Source of the DNA: Lingula anatina
Lineage: Eukaryota; Animalia; Brachiopoda
Assembly: GCA_051362555.1 (NCBI GenBank)
Contig: CM120640.1
Coordinates: 3,844,001-3,908,000 of the forward strand
Direction of reading: 5' to 3'
DNA length: 64,000 bases
Shown here: piece after piece, positions 1-12,600 of the stretch
How positions within the stretch are numbered: the stretch's first letter is position 1
Layout of the letters: each line of letters begins with the position of its first letter
Program-made: the position numbers and the translations under genes
Notes under the pieces: model-generated
The model's input: only the letters and a program-made list of their open reading frames with translations
The model's database searches: none
What the model was told of the DNA's origin: nothing

Positions 1-470
1 TCCAAAACTGGCAGATATAGGTCCATAGTTACTATTGCACTTGAATAGGAAGTCATATACTGGCAATCTAAGTGTGACCTTGAAATTGACCTTTGACCTA
101 CTTTTCATCATGAATTGAAATTTGTAAAATTTGGTTTCCATTTATCTCCAAAACTGGCAGAGATAGGTCCATAGTTACTATTGAACTTGAATAGGAAGTC
201 ATATACTGGCAATTAACTGTGACTTTAAAATTGACCTTTGACCTACTTTTTATGATGAACTGAATTTTGATTGTACCATTTTTGGTTATATTTTTTGCAT
301 ATTTTGAGAATTCTTGTTGATTGCATTTTATAGAGCTTGTCAAGCATAAGACTGGTGGTGGTGTCTCTTTTTTTTTGGGGGGGGGGGGCGGGGGCGAGGT
401 CCATATGAATGCGCTTGCTCCAGCTGGTGGTACTATATCAGGAGGCGGTATCGCCTTTCTGATCCTCTAG
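1..470 (+). mobile_element. 3' part of a non-autonomous Helitron/Helentron-like element with an internal ~146-bp tandem repeat
   Basis: Two copies of a 146-bp unit (tccaaaactggcaga...aataggaagtcatatactggcaat...tgacctttgacctac) start at 1 and 147. A GC-rich hairpin atcaggaggcg-gtat-cgcctttctgat (437-463) is followed by CTAG (467-470) and TT, which matches the Helitron 3' signature. Confidence 0.7.
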
Positions 471-669
471 TTATTATTATTATTCACTTAGCTTTAAACA
501 ACTATGGAAAAGCAGTCTTAATAAAAGTGAATACAAATCAAGCATTTTGTGTCTGGAGATATTTATAGACTAATGGTTGATAATTTTTTGTTAATTTTTT
601 TCTACTAATTTATCCACTAATTTGGATTCAAACTAATTTTACCTCCTTGGGCTATGATGTGTTCTTCAG

Positions 670-3600
670 GTCCCTCCATCCCCCTGGGTGACCGCTGTGC
701 CCCTGACGAGGAGTGTGCAGATGTGGCAGCTACCTGTCAGGCAGGGGCGTGTAGATGTAACAAAGACCACTACGAGAAAAGTGGACGATGTGGTATGTTA
801 ACTGACCAATCAGTAGCAAACTTTTCTTTACAGTTGCACTTATACTTGGAGTTACAGTTTGAGTATTTTGATCAAACAAAAAAAGTCAAAGAAAACCAGC
901 AAGCGCTGAGCATTATTTATGAAAACTCTGTATGTCACAAGTTTATTTTCTCTGTTATTTACAATGATTATATTGCCAGTTAGAAATCATAAGATGATAT
1001 GTTAGTGACTGACTTTTTGTAATATTCATTTTTCAGTTGCAAAACTTGGTCTCAATGATGGCTGCTCATCTCAGGATGTGTGTAAAGATGAAAATGCTGC
1101 CTGCTTGGTGGGAGCCTGTTATTGCAAAGGAGAATATTATGAAAAGAATGGCAAATGTGGTAAGTTATATGCTACAAGTAACACTGATTGCTGTTATATC
1201 TCTTTTATATTTTGTCCACAGTTTTACAGATGTCAATCTTGCTAATGCTACTGAACCCGTTGTCAACTTTTTTGTCCTCACAGTATAACATTACGTGTAT
1301 GTTGAAATTTTCAAATGCCTTTATTACCAGGAAAACTTTTTATCTTAATCAAAATTATTGTTTCAGACTGCCCATTATAGTTGGGTAAAGGAAATTAATT
1401 TCCTTAGTCAATAAAGATGACTGAATTTTATTCCAGTTCTGAAGATTCCGCTTAACCAGAGATGTACGGAATCTGTGGACCAGTGCGCAGACCCCAACTC
1501 CAACTGTAAAGATGGCCGCTGTCACTGCACTGACACATTCTTTGCTAAGAACATTAAATGTGGTAAGTGGTGCATTTTGTATGCCATGGTTTAAATTTAC
1601 TTAGAGTCACATGTCATTAAGCTTTATGCTCCTGCTAAATTAATTTAGTAAACAAAATTAAGGTACGGGATTTATCAATCCTGTTCAAGTAATATAATAG
1701 AGATTCACTATTTACTTAAAGGGATAATAACTCTTCGTTTCGGCCAAAAAATGAATTTTCCTGGAGTAAACAACAATTTTCCCATACTTACCAATGGTTA
1801 ATGAATCCATTTTTACATTCAAAGTTAGTCCCTGGTTTTTTTCTAAAAAGTTTGGTTTTTTGTTAAAATCTCTTAAGAGATTTTAACAGACTGTAGCCAT
1901 CAATGGAGATCACGTGGTCTAAAGACAAGCTCAGATATCAGAATAATAGCTATAACTGCCGTTTTTATGGTAAAACAGAATGTATTATATTTCTATGAGT
2001 TATTCACAATGTTTTTATTGTGAAATATAGATCTCATACGAAGAGTTATTATCCCTTTAAGTGTTTATAACAAGATGTACCACTGGAAAATGGGGAAATA
2101 TTGATTTAAAAAGAAATAACTTTATGAACTAAAATCCTTCAGCCCCCAAGATCCCCATCAGTGGTGTCTGTGACTTGGGTGATGTCTGCTTGGACGAGTT
2201 TGGGAGATGTCATCTTGCAAGATGTCAGTGCATTGACACCCATTTCTATCACACTCTCATGGGAAAATGTGGTATGTTACCAAGTGATAAATTTTTATCT
2301 AGCATTTATCGTTTGGTTAATAGTCTTTCTTTGAATTGACATTTAGAAAAAGTATCCTTTGCCTAAGGGTTTATGTCATGTGTAGAATAGAGTGGCATAT
2401 AGAATTGTGTTAACTTAGATCAGAAATGGTCCAACTGTGTGATCATCTGAGATGACCAGGTTGATTAACTGAAGCTTTTGGATATGTGTTTTGGAAGTTT
2501 CTGTGGAACTTTCTACATTATCTGGTCATTTGGAGACACTTTTAGTTCATATGTTTGTCACTGAGCTTTGTAGGTAGTGCAGACTAAGAAATTTTATAGA
2601 TTTTTCATTACTTAGTGACATGAAGTTTCTTCTTTAAGGATTGATTATGGTACTTTTTCGGCACAACCTTTTGTCTTCTCTTTGCTGTTAATAGATGACT
2701 AAATTGGTAATGGTGAGAATTTCCTTTTGTGAACTTTATGCTTGTAGTTGTAGACATGTAGACCATTTTGTTTCTTGTTTTGTTCTTATCAAGTACGGAA
2801 AGTTCCGACGAGTGGTGATTGCACTTCTCTGGATATTTGCGCTGATGATAACGCAGAGTGCATACGAGACAAATGTTTTTGTAAGCAAGGATATGCTCTT
2901 CTCAACAATAAATGTGGTGAGTGCTCACTAAAAAGTTCTCCATGTTTAGATTCCTCCCCTAAGAATGTTGCTTATGCTCCTGTAAAATGTTGTTACCTAG
3001 TTACAATTGCATGGTCATCTTAAAGAAAAGCTTACGGATTTTGAGTTATATTATTTTAATGAGATATTCTCTCTCAGAATATTGAGCTTTTCTATATAGC
3101 ACTCCATTGTGCCTTTGGTTCATCTGGTTTAATGGAACAATGAATCTAGTTTCTAACTGGTATTGTTTAACATTGATATTCACATTGTGTTCAGAGCCAC
3201 GGTTTGGCATTGGCGCCCCGTGTCAAGATGACGACCAGTGCGCTGATGGTAATGCAAGGTGTGATCAGCAGTGTATATGCAAGGAAGGATTCTTTCCTCT
3301 CAATGAAAGATGTGGTATAGTATTGCATTATTAAATCATGACAGTGTAAACAAGAGCAGTTGTTTCATATAAATTCATGTAGCTTTTGCAAATGAGAATA
3401 GTCAGAAGTGCTTATCAGATTCTGTTTTGGTTTGGTTATTTGAAATATTCTTAATCCCATTCAAGTTCTAAATAAATGGCTTGCAAATTTTTTTTGGAAC
3501 ATTTATTCAGTGGTTTCTCCTAAAATAGTGATTTTATTTGATATTCAGTACAAAAACCAGATGTGGGTGGAGCTTGTGATGGCCCCTCCTACCAGTGTAG

Positions 3601-6600
3601 TGATGACAATGCCATTTGTCAGAATGGCACCTGTCAATGTGTCAGCACTCATTACCTCAGCGGCAGAAGATGTGGTGAGTAACTTAAGTCAATCCCTCAT
3701 ATATGACATTGATTATTGATTAATATTGGGTGCCATTCTTAATGATATATGAAGTGAGACAGGAAAAAAGGTAAAGTAAGGGATAATTATATTGTTGAAT
3801 ATCCCACAACACTAGAAACCAAATATAATGGCAGATTTTTAAAAATGTTGTGATAAAACTAAGGACATATTGTGTGTGGTATTCTTACAGTAATTTAGCA
3901 TGCATTAAATCTTTGCCTGTTTTAGTTGAGAAGACAGGTAATGGTGGTCAGTGTACCCTTGGCAGTGGACAGTGTGCTGACCCCAATGCTGTGTGTGACC
4001 AAAACACCAGACGATGTCAGTGTAAGACAGGATTCTTCAACAAAAATGGCAACTGTGGTGAGTAGAGGACACGTAATGATAGAGAAAATTATTTTTACCA
4101 TGTGTGGACATCACATTTAGTTGACATTGCAATTTTCTCCATAGTGAAATCTTTGAAATTGTCCTACTCAATTTTTTGTGGAAATTCAGTTTGAAAAGAT
4201 TGCAATGAGAAAGTGCTTGTAGGTTACATGAAAAATGTAAGATGTATTTAATTTTATTCAAGTTGCTGAACTCCAGCCTGGCTCATCTTGTTCCCCTGGT
4301 GAGCAGTGTGGTAGTAATGCAGAGTGTGTCACAGGGAAGTGCACATGTCTACCAGAGTTCTATGTGGACACACTGACTGGGCAGTGCTGTAAGTTACAAA
4401 TAGCTGGAAATTTTTAGTAGGTGTGAGATGGGATTTTCTGTAATAAATGTGGATTCATTTTTGAGCACACAAGCAGGAAAATATCATTTAACTGTTGCAT
4501 TAAAGATGTCTCTCTTGTTGCATTTATTTAGAAATATTTTTGTTTAAGTGGCATTTTGTTGTATTTTAGTTCCCATAAGTTTGATTCATCATAGTTCAGC
4601 AAAGCTAAACTATTTTGACCCAACAAAACAATATATATAGCTGTTTGTAGAGCACCAGGCAGAAGTTAAAGGAATATTTTTGTCTGTCATATTCCAGTAC
4701 CCAGAGGTAAGCTGTCCAAACCATGTCTGCCAGAGCGGTATATCCCAAGATGTGATGACCCAAACACAGAGTGTAACCCTGGCAACGACACCTGTGTATG
4801 TCAGAGAGAACACCACATCAAGAACAACCGCTGTGGTGAGTTGATGTGATACTTGTTATGACTTTTAAGGCAATGTTGATAGTATGTAACTTTTTGAAAT
4901 TAATTGGATATGTTGCATAATTTTCTTATCAAACCTGTGATTTTTTTCTTTTTTCTTTCTTTTCTTTCTTTCTTTCTTTTGTCTTTCGCAAATCTGCTAT
5001 ATTTTTCATCTCAAAAATTTTTGATTGTTTTCAAAAATCAAGCTTTTGATGTTAGTATGTTGACTTCATCTTTGTACTATTCCAACTGTTGTTCATTGAT
5101 TTTAGTGCCAAATATTCCAACCAAATCAAGCTGTGTGCGTAACTCTGAAGATGTGTGTGCTGACCAGAATGCTGAGTGTACTGCTGCTGGGATATGTGAC
5201 TGCAAGCCAGAGTTCTTCTATAAGGATGGACAGTGTAGTAAGTGTACAGAAATAATAGTAAGGCTGGACTAAATGTGGTGTAGAAGTAGATTTTTATATA
5301 AACAATAGAACCATGATACTTAATATGATATCTTTGAGTAAGAGTGTAAATGGAAAATAAAGTGAAATTTTGCATGCTAGCACACCAGTGTTGTATCAAA
5401 TTAAAAAATTAGTTCAATTGTCACAAAGTCTATTTCAGTTAGATAACAAGAATGTTACTGCTTGAAAAAGAAACATACAATCTCTGATGGGTAAATGTTA
5501 TTTTTGTCCATAAGGCAAGGTTGATATAATCCTTTAAATTCATGTATGTATTTCTTGCTAATTTCAGAGGAGCGTGGCAAGGTAGACACCCCGTGTCTGC
5601 CAGTGAGCTCTCCAGTAAGGTGTACAGATGACGACACACGCTGTGTGAGTGGGGAGTGTGTGTGTAACCCAAGACATGTGAAGATTGGGGAGAGCTGCAG
5701 TGAGTAGTGGGTTTTCTTGTACTGATCCATACATGTGTACATGTATAGAGAATGTTTTTCATTTTCATTTATTCATTGGTTTTTGTAATTCTAAATGATA
5801 ATTTCTTTTAATTCCAAATAATGATGTAATTGTGACCTTTAATCCCTCATGAGACAAAGAGGTTAGTTAAGTAAGTAATGATGCATATTTGTAAATCCAT
5901 GACCATTTTAGAACTGGTATATTTTTGTCTTTCAATTTAAACTTTCTTTCAATTTAAACTCTAATTTAAACTTATTTACACTGTATAATCATCCTTAAAG
6001 TCAGTCAAGCTTTCAGTCTACTTTCACCTTGATCACATCATCGACATTATGAATTTTTGCTTTTCCTCCAGTCTTAAAGAAACCCATCAATGGAAGTTGT
6101 GCTACGACCAGTGAATGCGCAGACGTGAATGCGGAGTGCATCAGAAGAACGTGCCAGTGTTCCTCTGACCACTACTTCAGTATCCAGGACCAGGCTTGCA
6201 GTAAGTTGAGGAATGTGATCTCAACACAACATGAATTATTTAAAATTTAAAGTTCATAATCTGTCCAAAAAGAGCAGTTCTTTTCAATATAGTTTTAAGC
6301 TGACCCCTGTGCCAAGGTATGTATCTAGATATGACTTAGGTGTTTTTACAAGGTAAGCTACTAGTAGATATTTAAGGGGTTTTGTGACTGAAATGATTGT
6401 CAAAACAATCATGATTTTAATTGCACTAGAATGTCTGCAGTTAACCTGCATTAGGAGTGTGCTTCACAAAATAACTTTAGCCCAAAAATTGTTCTTAGGC
6501 TTTAGACCAAAATTTTTGTCTACTTTCACTCAAGCTAAATTAGCAGTAATCCAGTCTAATGGATTATGGCAGCTGTATTTAAACTAGAAAGACTTTTCTG

Positions 6601-9600
6601 AGTTTTTAGACCAATACTTACCTTATTTCAGCGGACTAGGATGAATTTGTCCAGGTCCCTGTTTCACAAAAAAAAAACCCTTAAGTCAGTTCCAGTCTGT
6701 TACCAACATTACAACAGTGGATGCAAACATCCTTAGCCAGGAAACTGACTTGAGTTTTTTTGTGAAACTAATATGCAACCTCCTTAGACAAAATTTTTGG
6801 TCTTGAAGTTGTTTAGACCAATTTTGGGTCTACAGTTATTTTGTGAACCATGCTCAGTGCAGGCCTCCTCATTGCATGGCAGGCCAGCTGATACATGGCT
6901 GGTTATATTTCTATTCACTAGGACTGCGTGGTGGCCTCAATGAACCATGCCTTCCCCAGGCTAGGTGCACTGACGCACACAGTGTCTGCCACTTACCCAC
7001 AAATATCTGCGAGTGTGAGCAGGACTACTTTCAGAAGTTTGGAAATTGTGGTATGTTGTAACAAATTTTAATTTCATTTTGCTAGTCTTTCAAAATAATC
7101 AATCATCATTTATAGCCATTAAGTTTTTATTATCAGAAAGTGTCAGAATATGATAGTACAAAGTTAATAAGTAAAATCTTGGGTTATTGATTTTAGTTTT
7201 TTAAAAAAGGACATGCATTCTAACACAGACATACACACTTAGGTACATATTTGCAATGTAAAACATGATTCAGGATACTGTACAGATACATGTTTCTCCT
7301 GTAGAGTTAAAGCCAGGCCCAGGTGACAGATGTTTCCCAGGTGACGTGTGTCTGGGGAACAATTCTCGTTGTCAGGGAGGAAGATGCAAGTGTGCTGAGG
7401 GGTTCCAGGTGGTCGATGGAAACTGTGGTGAGTGCTGCAGGTCATTCCTGTGATAACATTGTCTTAATTGTGGAGGTTTTAGAAAGGTGGCATTGTAAAG
7501 TTTTTTCCAAGATTGTTGCACTTTTTTTAACTGTGTATTGACTTTATAAGGGAGCAAGTGAGATCCAGCTTAGTCCTATGATATTTTTTACTTATAGGGT
7601 TTCTGGCAATCTGGTGTTAATACAGATTTAATACATTTTATTTGCATTTCAAGGAAAATTTCACAAAGCAACTAACAGATTTTAATTTATGGATTTCTAT
7701 ACAATTGCATCAAACATCTATATCTATTCAGAGGAGGGTGGCAAGCTAGGTCTCCAGTGTCTGACAACTCCTGGAGAACCCTGTACTGTGCCACAGGCCG
7801 AGTGCTTCAATAACATTTGTCAGTGCCAGCGGGAGTACTTTGAGATGAATGGACTGTGTGGTAAGAGAGAAATTATGTTATTATATTTTTTTTAATAATC
7901 CAGAAAAAATATGAATATTAATTTGCACTTTTTGAGCGAGCATTTAAAGTTGTATTGATAACCTATAATATTTTCTTCATGGCTGAACTTTGATACCTGT
8001 ATACAAAGATTTGTAAGCCTTATGGGTTATTGTTAACTGAAAAATTGCATCTTCATTACAACAGTTATCTTATTTTTCACTGTAGTTTTGTCTCACTTCC
8101 ATTGTAAGACCCAAATGGGGGCCAGTACGTAGTGGTGTTGAGTTATCAGTACAATAGAAGCCTTGCTCTAGTGTGTCCCATGTTTCTATTTCAGTTCCAT
8201 TAGGAGAGCTTGGAGAGCCATGCAGGTCAGTGGCAGGTGTCCAGGTGTGTAAAGATGGGGAGGCAGAGTGCAGGCTGGGCAGGTGTAGGTGTCAGAGAGA
8301 TTTCTACCAGAAGGAAACACCTACTGGCCCTGTATGTGGTAAGTTTACTTCACCAATAATGCTAATAAGTATTCTTTTTAGAGCAGTTCACAGGTGACTG
8401 TGTTGTATTTTTGAAGCAAGTGATTATGCATAAAACCAAAAAAAAAGACCATTTTGAGAATACAAAGAATTGTTTTTAAATTATAGAGAGAGGGCAATTG
8501 CAGTGTTAAAAATGTGTGACCTTGCAAAGCAAAGAAAAAGAAGCTCAATTTATACTTTGTAAATTTTTTTCATAAAATGTGAAACCCTGCTTGAATGTAG
8601 ATATTATAAAGTACTTTATAATTGGTCAGAGATTAGAACATTGCATAACTTGTCCCCTCTTAATATTTTTTCCCTATTTCAGCCCCCCGTGGAGACCTGA
8701 ATGGCCCCTGTACATCATCAGGAACCTGTAATGACATCTTTGCTCAGTGTCTGAGAGGGACCTGTGTCTGCGTGGAAACACATTTTGAGAAAAATGGAAA
8801 ATGTGGTATGTTGACTGTACTCCATCAAGACTGTGCACATTGTTTGTTTGAGTATATATCTTCATTTAGAATTTTCAAAGGCAAAGCAGTGTTGTTCTAA
8901 TTTGCATAAAAGATTAGAAATAATGGACTTTTGCTCAGAATTCCACAATATAGTTAGTATATCTATCAGTAACTATGAATTGTGTGTCCAGACAAAGTGT
9001 TGCTCAACCATTAATTAGAAGACTACATACATAAAGAAACACATGGTAATTAACCTGGTCATCAGTTATAAACTTTAATCTTCTGTTATTGCACACATTC
9101 CTTATTTCTGGCCAGATCCTAAGAAGCAGCTGTACAGCTCCTGCACTGAGGAAGATGTGTGTAAAGACGAGAATGCTGTTTGTCAGAACAACAGATGTCT
9201 TTGTAAAGTGGATTTCTCACCAAACTCTGACAACATATGCAGTAAGAGAACTTTGCTAAATTTTCAAACATTAAAAAAATATGTTAATATTTTTTCATCA
9301 AAAGTATTACATCATGTGTTGAGTAACTGTAATAACATTCTTAAAGAATAGTACCACATTTTGCTCAGAATAAATAAAGTTAGAAAACCAAAAACATGCT
9401 CTATACACCATTTCTTTTAAAATTTTGAAAATAATATCATTGACACTATAATCTGTTGTCATCCAAGAATTGATTATTGAATTTTAGTGGCAAACAGCAG
9501 CTTCTTATTCTAACATTGTAGCATATGGTACCCACTGTAAGATTATAACCTCTATCTTGTAGTTTCCAATGGTCAGATCTTGACTCCATGCCTCAGTAAC

Positions 9601-12600
9601 CAGCGGTGTCTGATCACCAATGCCGAGTGTGACAGGGAGCTCTGTATGTGCAAGAAAGGATACTTTTACAAGAACAATGTCTGCAGTAAGTAAAATCCAT
9701 TTCTGCTTTCAGAAAATTGGACAGTTAAAATGGCTTCACCTTCTGTAGATATAGGTGGAAGCGCTTAACTAACTTCAGTATGTTAAGTTCTAAACCTCCT
9801 TTTTTGACTTGACATGAATTTCAAGTTATTAACTTGCTATACAGCACTTTAAAAAAGAATAATTGCATGCTTAATTTTAACTGTTAAATTTGAAAGCTTA
9901 AATTTGATGCTAAATTTTAAATTAAAATAGAAACAACATATGATACAACTGTTTTTTTTCAAAGGACCAGACATCCCGTATGGGTCCAGATGTGAGCCAG
10001 GCGACTCTTGTGCTGGGGAAGATGTTCTGTGCAGGCGAGGAGATACTGCTGCCACCTTGTGTCTGTGTAAACCAGACTATGGCAGATCTGGAGACCAGTG
10101 CAGTAAGTGCAGAGATATGAAGTGAATCTTTTGTGAAGATATGATTAATATGAATTTGATTGCTGTTCTTTAAAAATTGTAAAACAATAAGATTTGGTTA
10201 ATGAAAGTATAAAGATGTCATTTAACAATAAATCACTGATCGGCAATATGAGATATAATTAGCGTGATATCTTTAGAAAATTGTGTTCTCTTTTGTCTTC
10301 TCTCTTAATTCTTTTGTGTTAATTTTTAGTAGGTTAAATGTCTGTTTTAATTTTGACAATAATTTGAGTAATCTTGGTATGAAATTTTTCAGAACCTCTT
10401 GGTGAATTAGGGCAACCATGTCTGCCAGACAACACTTGCAGAGACAGCCATGCTAGATGTAACAGAATATGTCAGTGTCAGCAGGACTATTTTGAGAAAA
10501 ATGGACAGTGTGGTATGAAATCTTTGATGCACTACTGCTATGTACATTCATATTACATACTTTGCACAGTGTTGATACTAGTTATCAAAATGTGTTTTCT
10601 TTTATACATTTTTTGACAGTTCAGTTGGTCCTGTAAGCTACTTACTGGTCATTGTTTTGTATGTTTCCCCTTTTTTTAGTTGAAAAGATTCCATTGAACA
10701 ACTATTGCAAGGCTGAAGACAAAGACGAGTGTCTGGACGGGAATGCAGAGTGTAGAGAGGACGCCTGTAGATGTAGAAATGGCTACTTTGAACAGGGAGG
10801 CAAATGCAGTATGTGTTTAAATATATGTACTTCCATAATGGGATACTTAATACTTTTTGTCTTGCATAATTTCTTTCTTCTGAAAATGCAAAATGAGATT
10901 CATGAATTAGTTTGAAAATTTTATTTATTTTCAATAATATTTGTCTGCATTGTAAAACCCACAGTAATCAAGGAACTATTGGCTCGTATCTATAAGATTC
11001 CAGCGCTGTGGATATGTTACATAGTCCTTATATTAAGATAACCCTTCTTATCTTTACAGGAGCCAAGGGCAAGTTGAATGCCCCATGTCTAGAAGCAGTC
11101 AAAGGAGAAGAGAAATGCACAGATGCTAACACACAGTGCAGTCAGGGAATTTGTTTGTGTTTGAAGAACTCCTACGAGAAACAAGAAGTTTGTGGTAGGT
11201 GAAATCAACAGACTGTGTTTGTGTATATTCCATGCTTCTTCTTACGTTTGTTTCAGGATATTTAGGAAATATACTGTACATAAGCATATCTCTTGAATTT
11301 CTTTTTAAGTCCTAAATAAACACCCGGATGAAATATGATTCTTTGTCCAGAACTTAATTATGTCCAGCAACCTTATTATTATCTCATCATAGCCGTGATA
11401 CTTTAAATACTTATAATACTTGTGTTTTAAATTTAAGAACATCCAGCATCCCTGTTGAAATACCTGAAGATCGAAAGATTTGGTTTGTTTAATTCTCAAA
11501 CCAATGCCTATAATACTGTTTGTTTCAGTTCCTCAGCGTCCTTTAGGTGCCCCCTGTACTCCAGCTGATGTGTGTGAAGACAGGTTTGCCCCGTGTAACT
11601 CTCAAACCAATAACTCTAATACTATTTGTTTCAGTTCCTCAGCATCCTTTAGGTGCCCCCTGTACTCCAGCTGATGTGTGTGAGGACAGGTTTGCCCTGT
11701 GTAACTCTCAAACCAATAACTCTAATACTGTATGTTTCAGTTCCTCAGCGTCCTTTAGGTGCCCCCTGTACTCCAGCTGATGTGTGTGAGGACAGGTTTG
11801 CACTGTGTAACTCTCAAACTAACACATGTACCTGTAGACAGGGCTACTTTGAAGATGACCAGGAGGGGGTCTGTGGTAAGTAAAGGATTAAAGATTTTTT
11901 TGTTTATAGTGTGGTTCAGTGAACAATGATAATATCATTTAAGATGCTAAACTAAAACTGGACAATTAACTTAATTTATAAAACCCCATTTGTGAATTTT
12001 AGATTAAAAAATTTACCTGAAGTGAAATTAAAGGTACCTTACTTATTTTGTCATCTGGAGATTAATATTTTATTTTCAACCATTTATATATTATTTGTAT
12101 GCAATAAGTTTTGTCAATAGGTCCAAATAAAAATTATGTTAAACTTCTCATTCTCCCCAGTGCTGCCTACCAAGGAGGGTTCCCCAGATGCCAGGTGTCT
12201 ATCCCCAGACATCAGCCCCAGGTGTCTGGATGCCAACTCTCAGTGTCTACTGGGCATATGTCGCTGTAACCAAGGATACTATGCCGAGCAGGGGAGATGC
12301 TGTAAGTTGTCTGATTAAGTCAGGGGGGGGATCTGGTATATTATCAACATAGTATTTAGATTTATATTTTTCTGAAATTGAATAGGATTTGAAATCCTTG
12401 ATATTAAGATTAAAGTTTCAAGGAAAAATTTTGGAATTTTTTGTAAATTGAATTATATATATTATTCTTAAGTGCATTAATTTTTGTTGTAATAATTGTA
12501 TTGAAGTTTCTTTTTCCTTTGTAGTGCCCCAGAAGAGTATTGGTTCCTCCTGTAAACGCAAGGAAGTCTGTCGAGATGACAATGCAGACTGTGAAAATGG

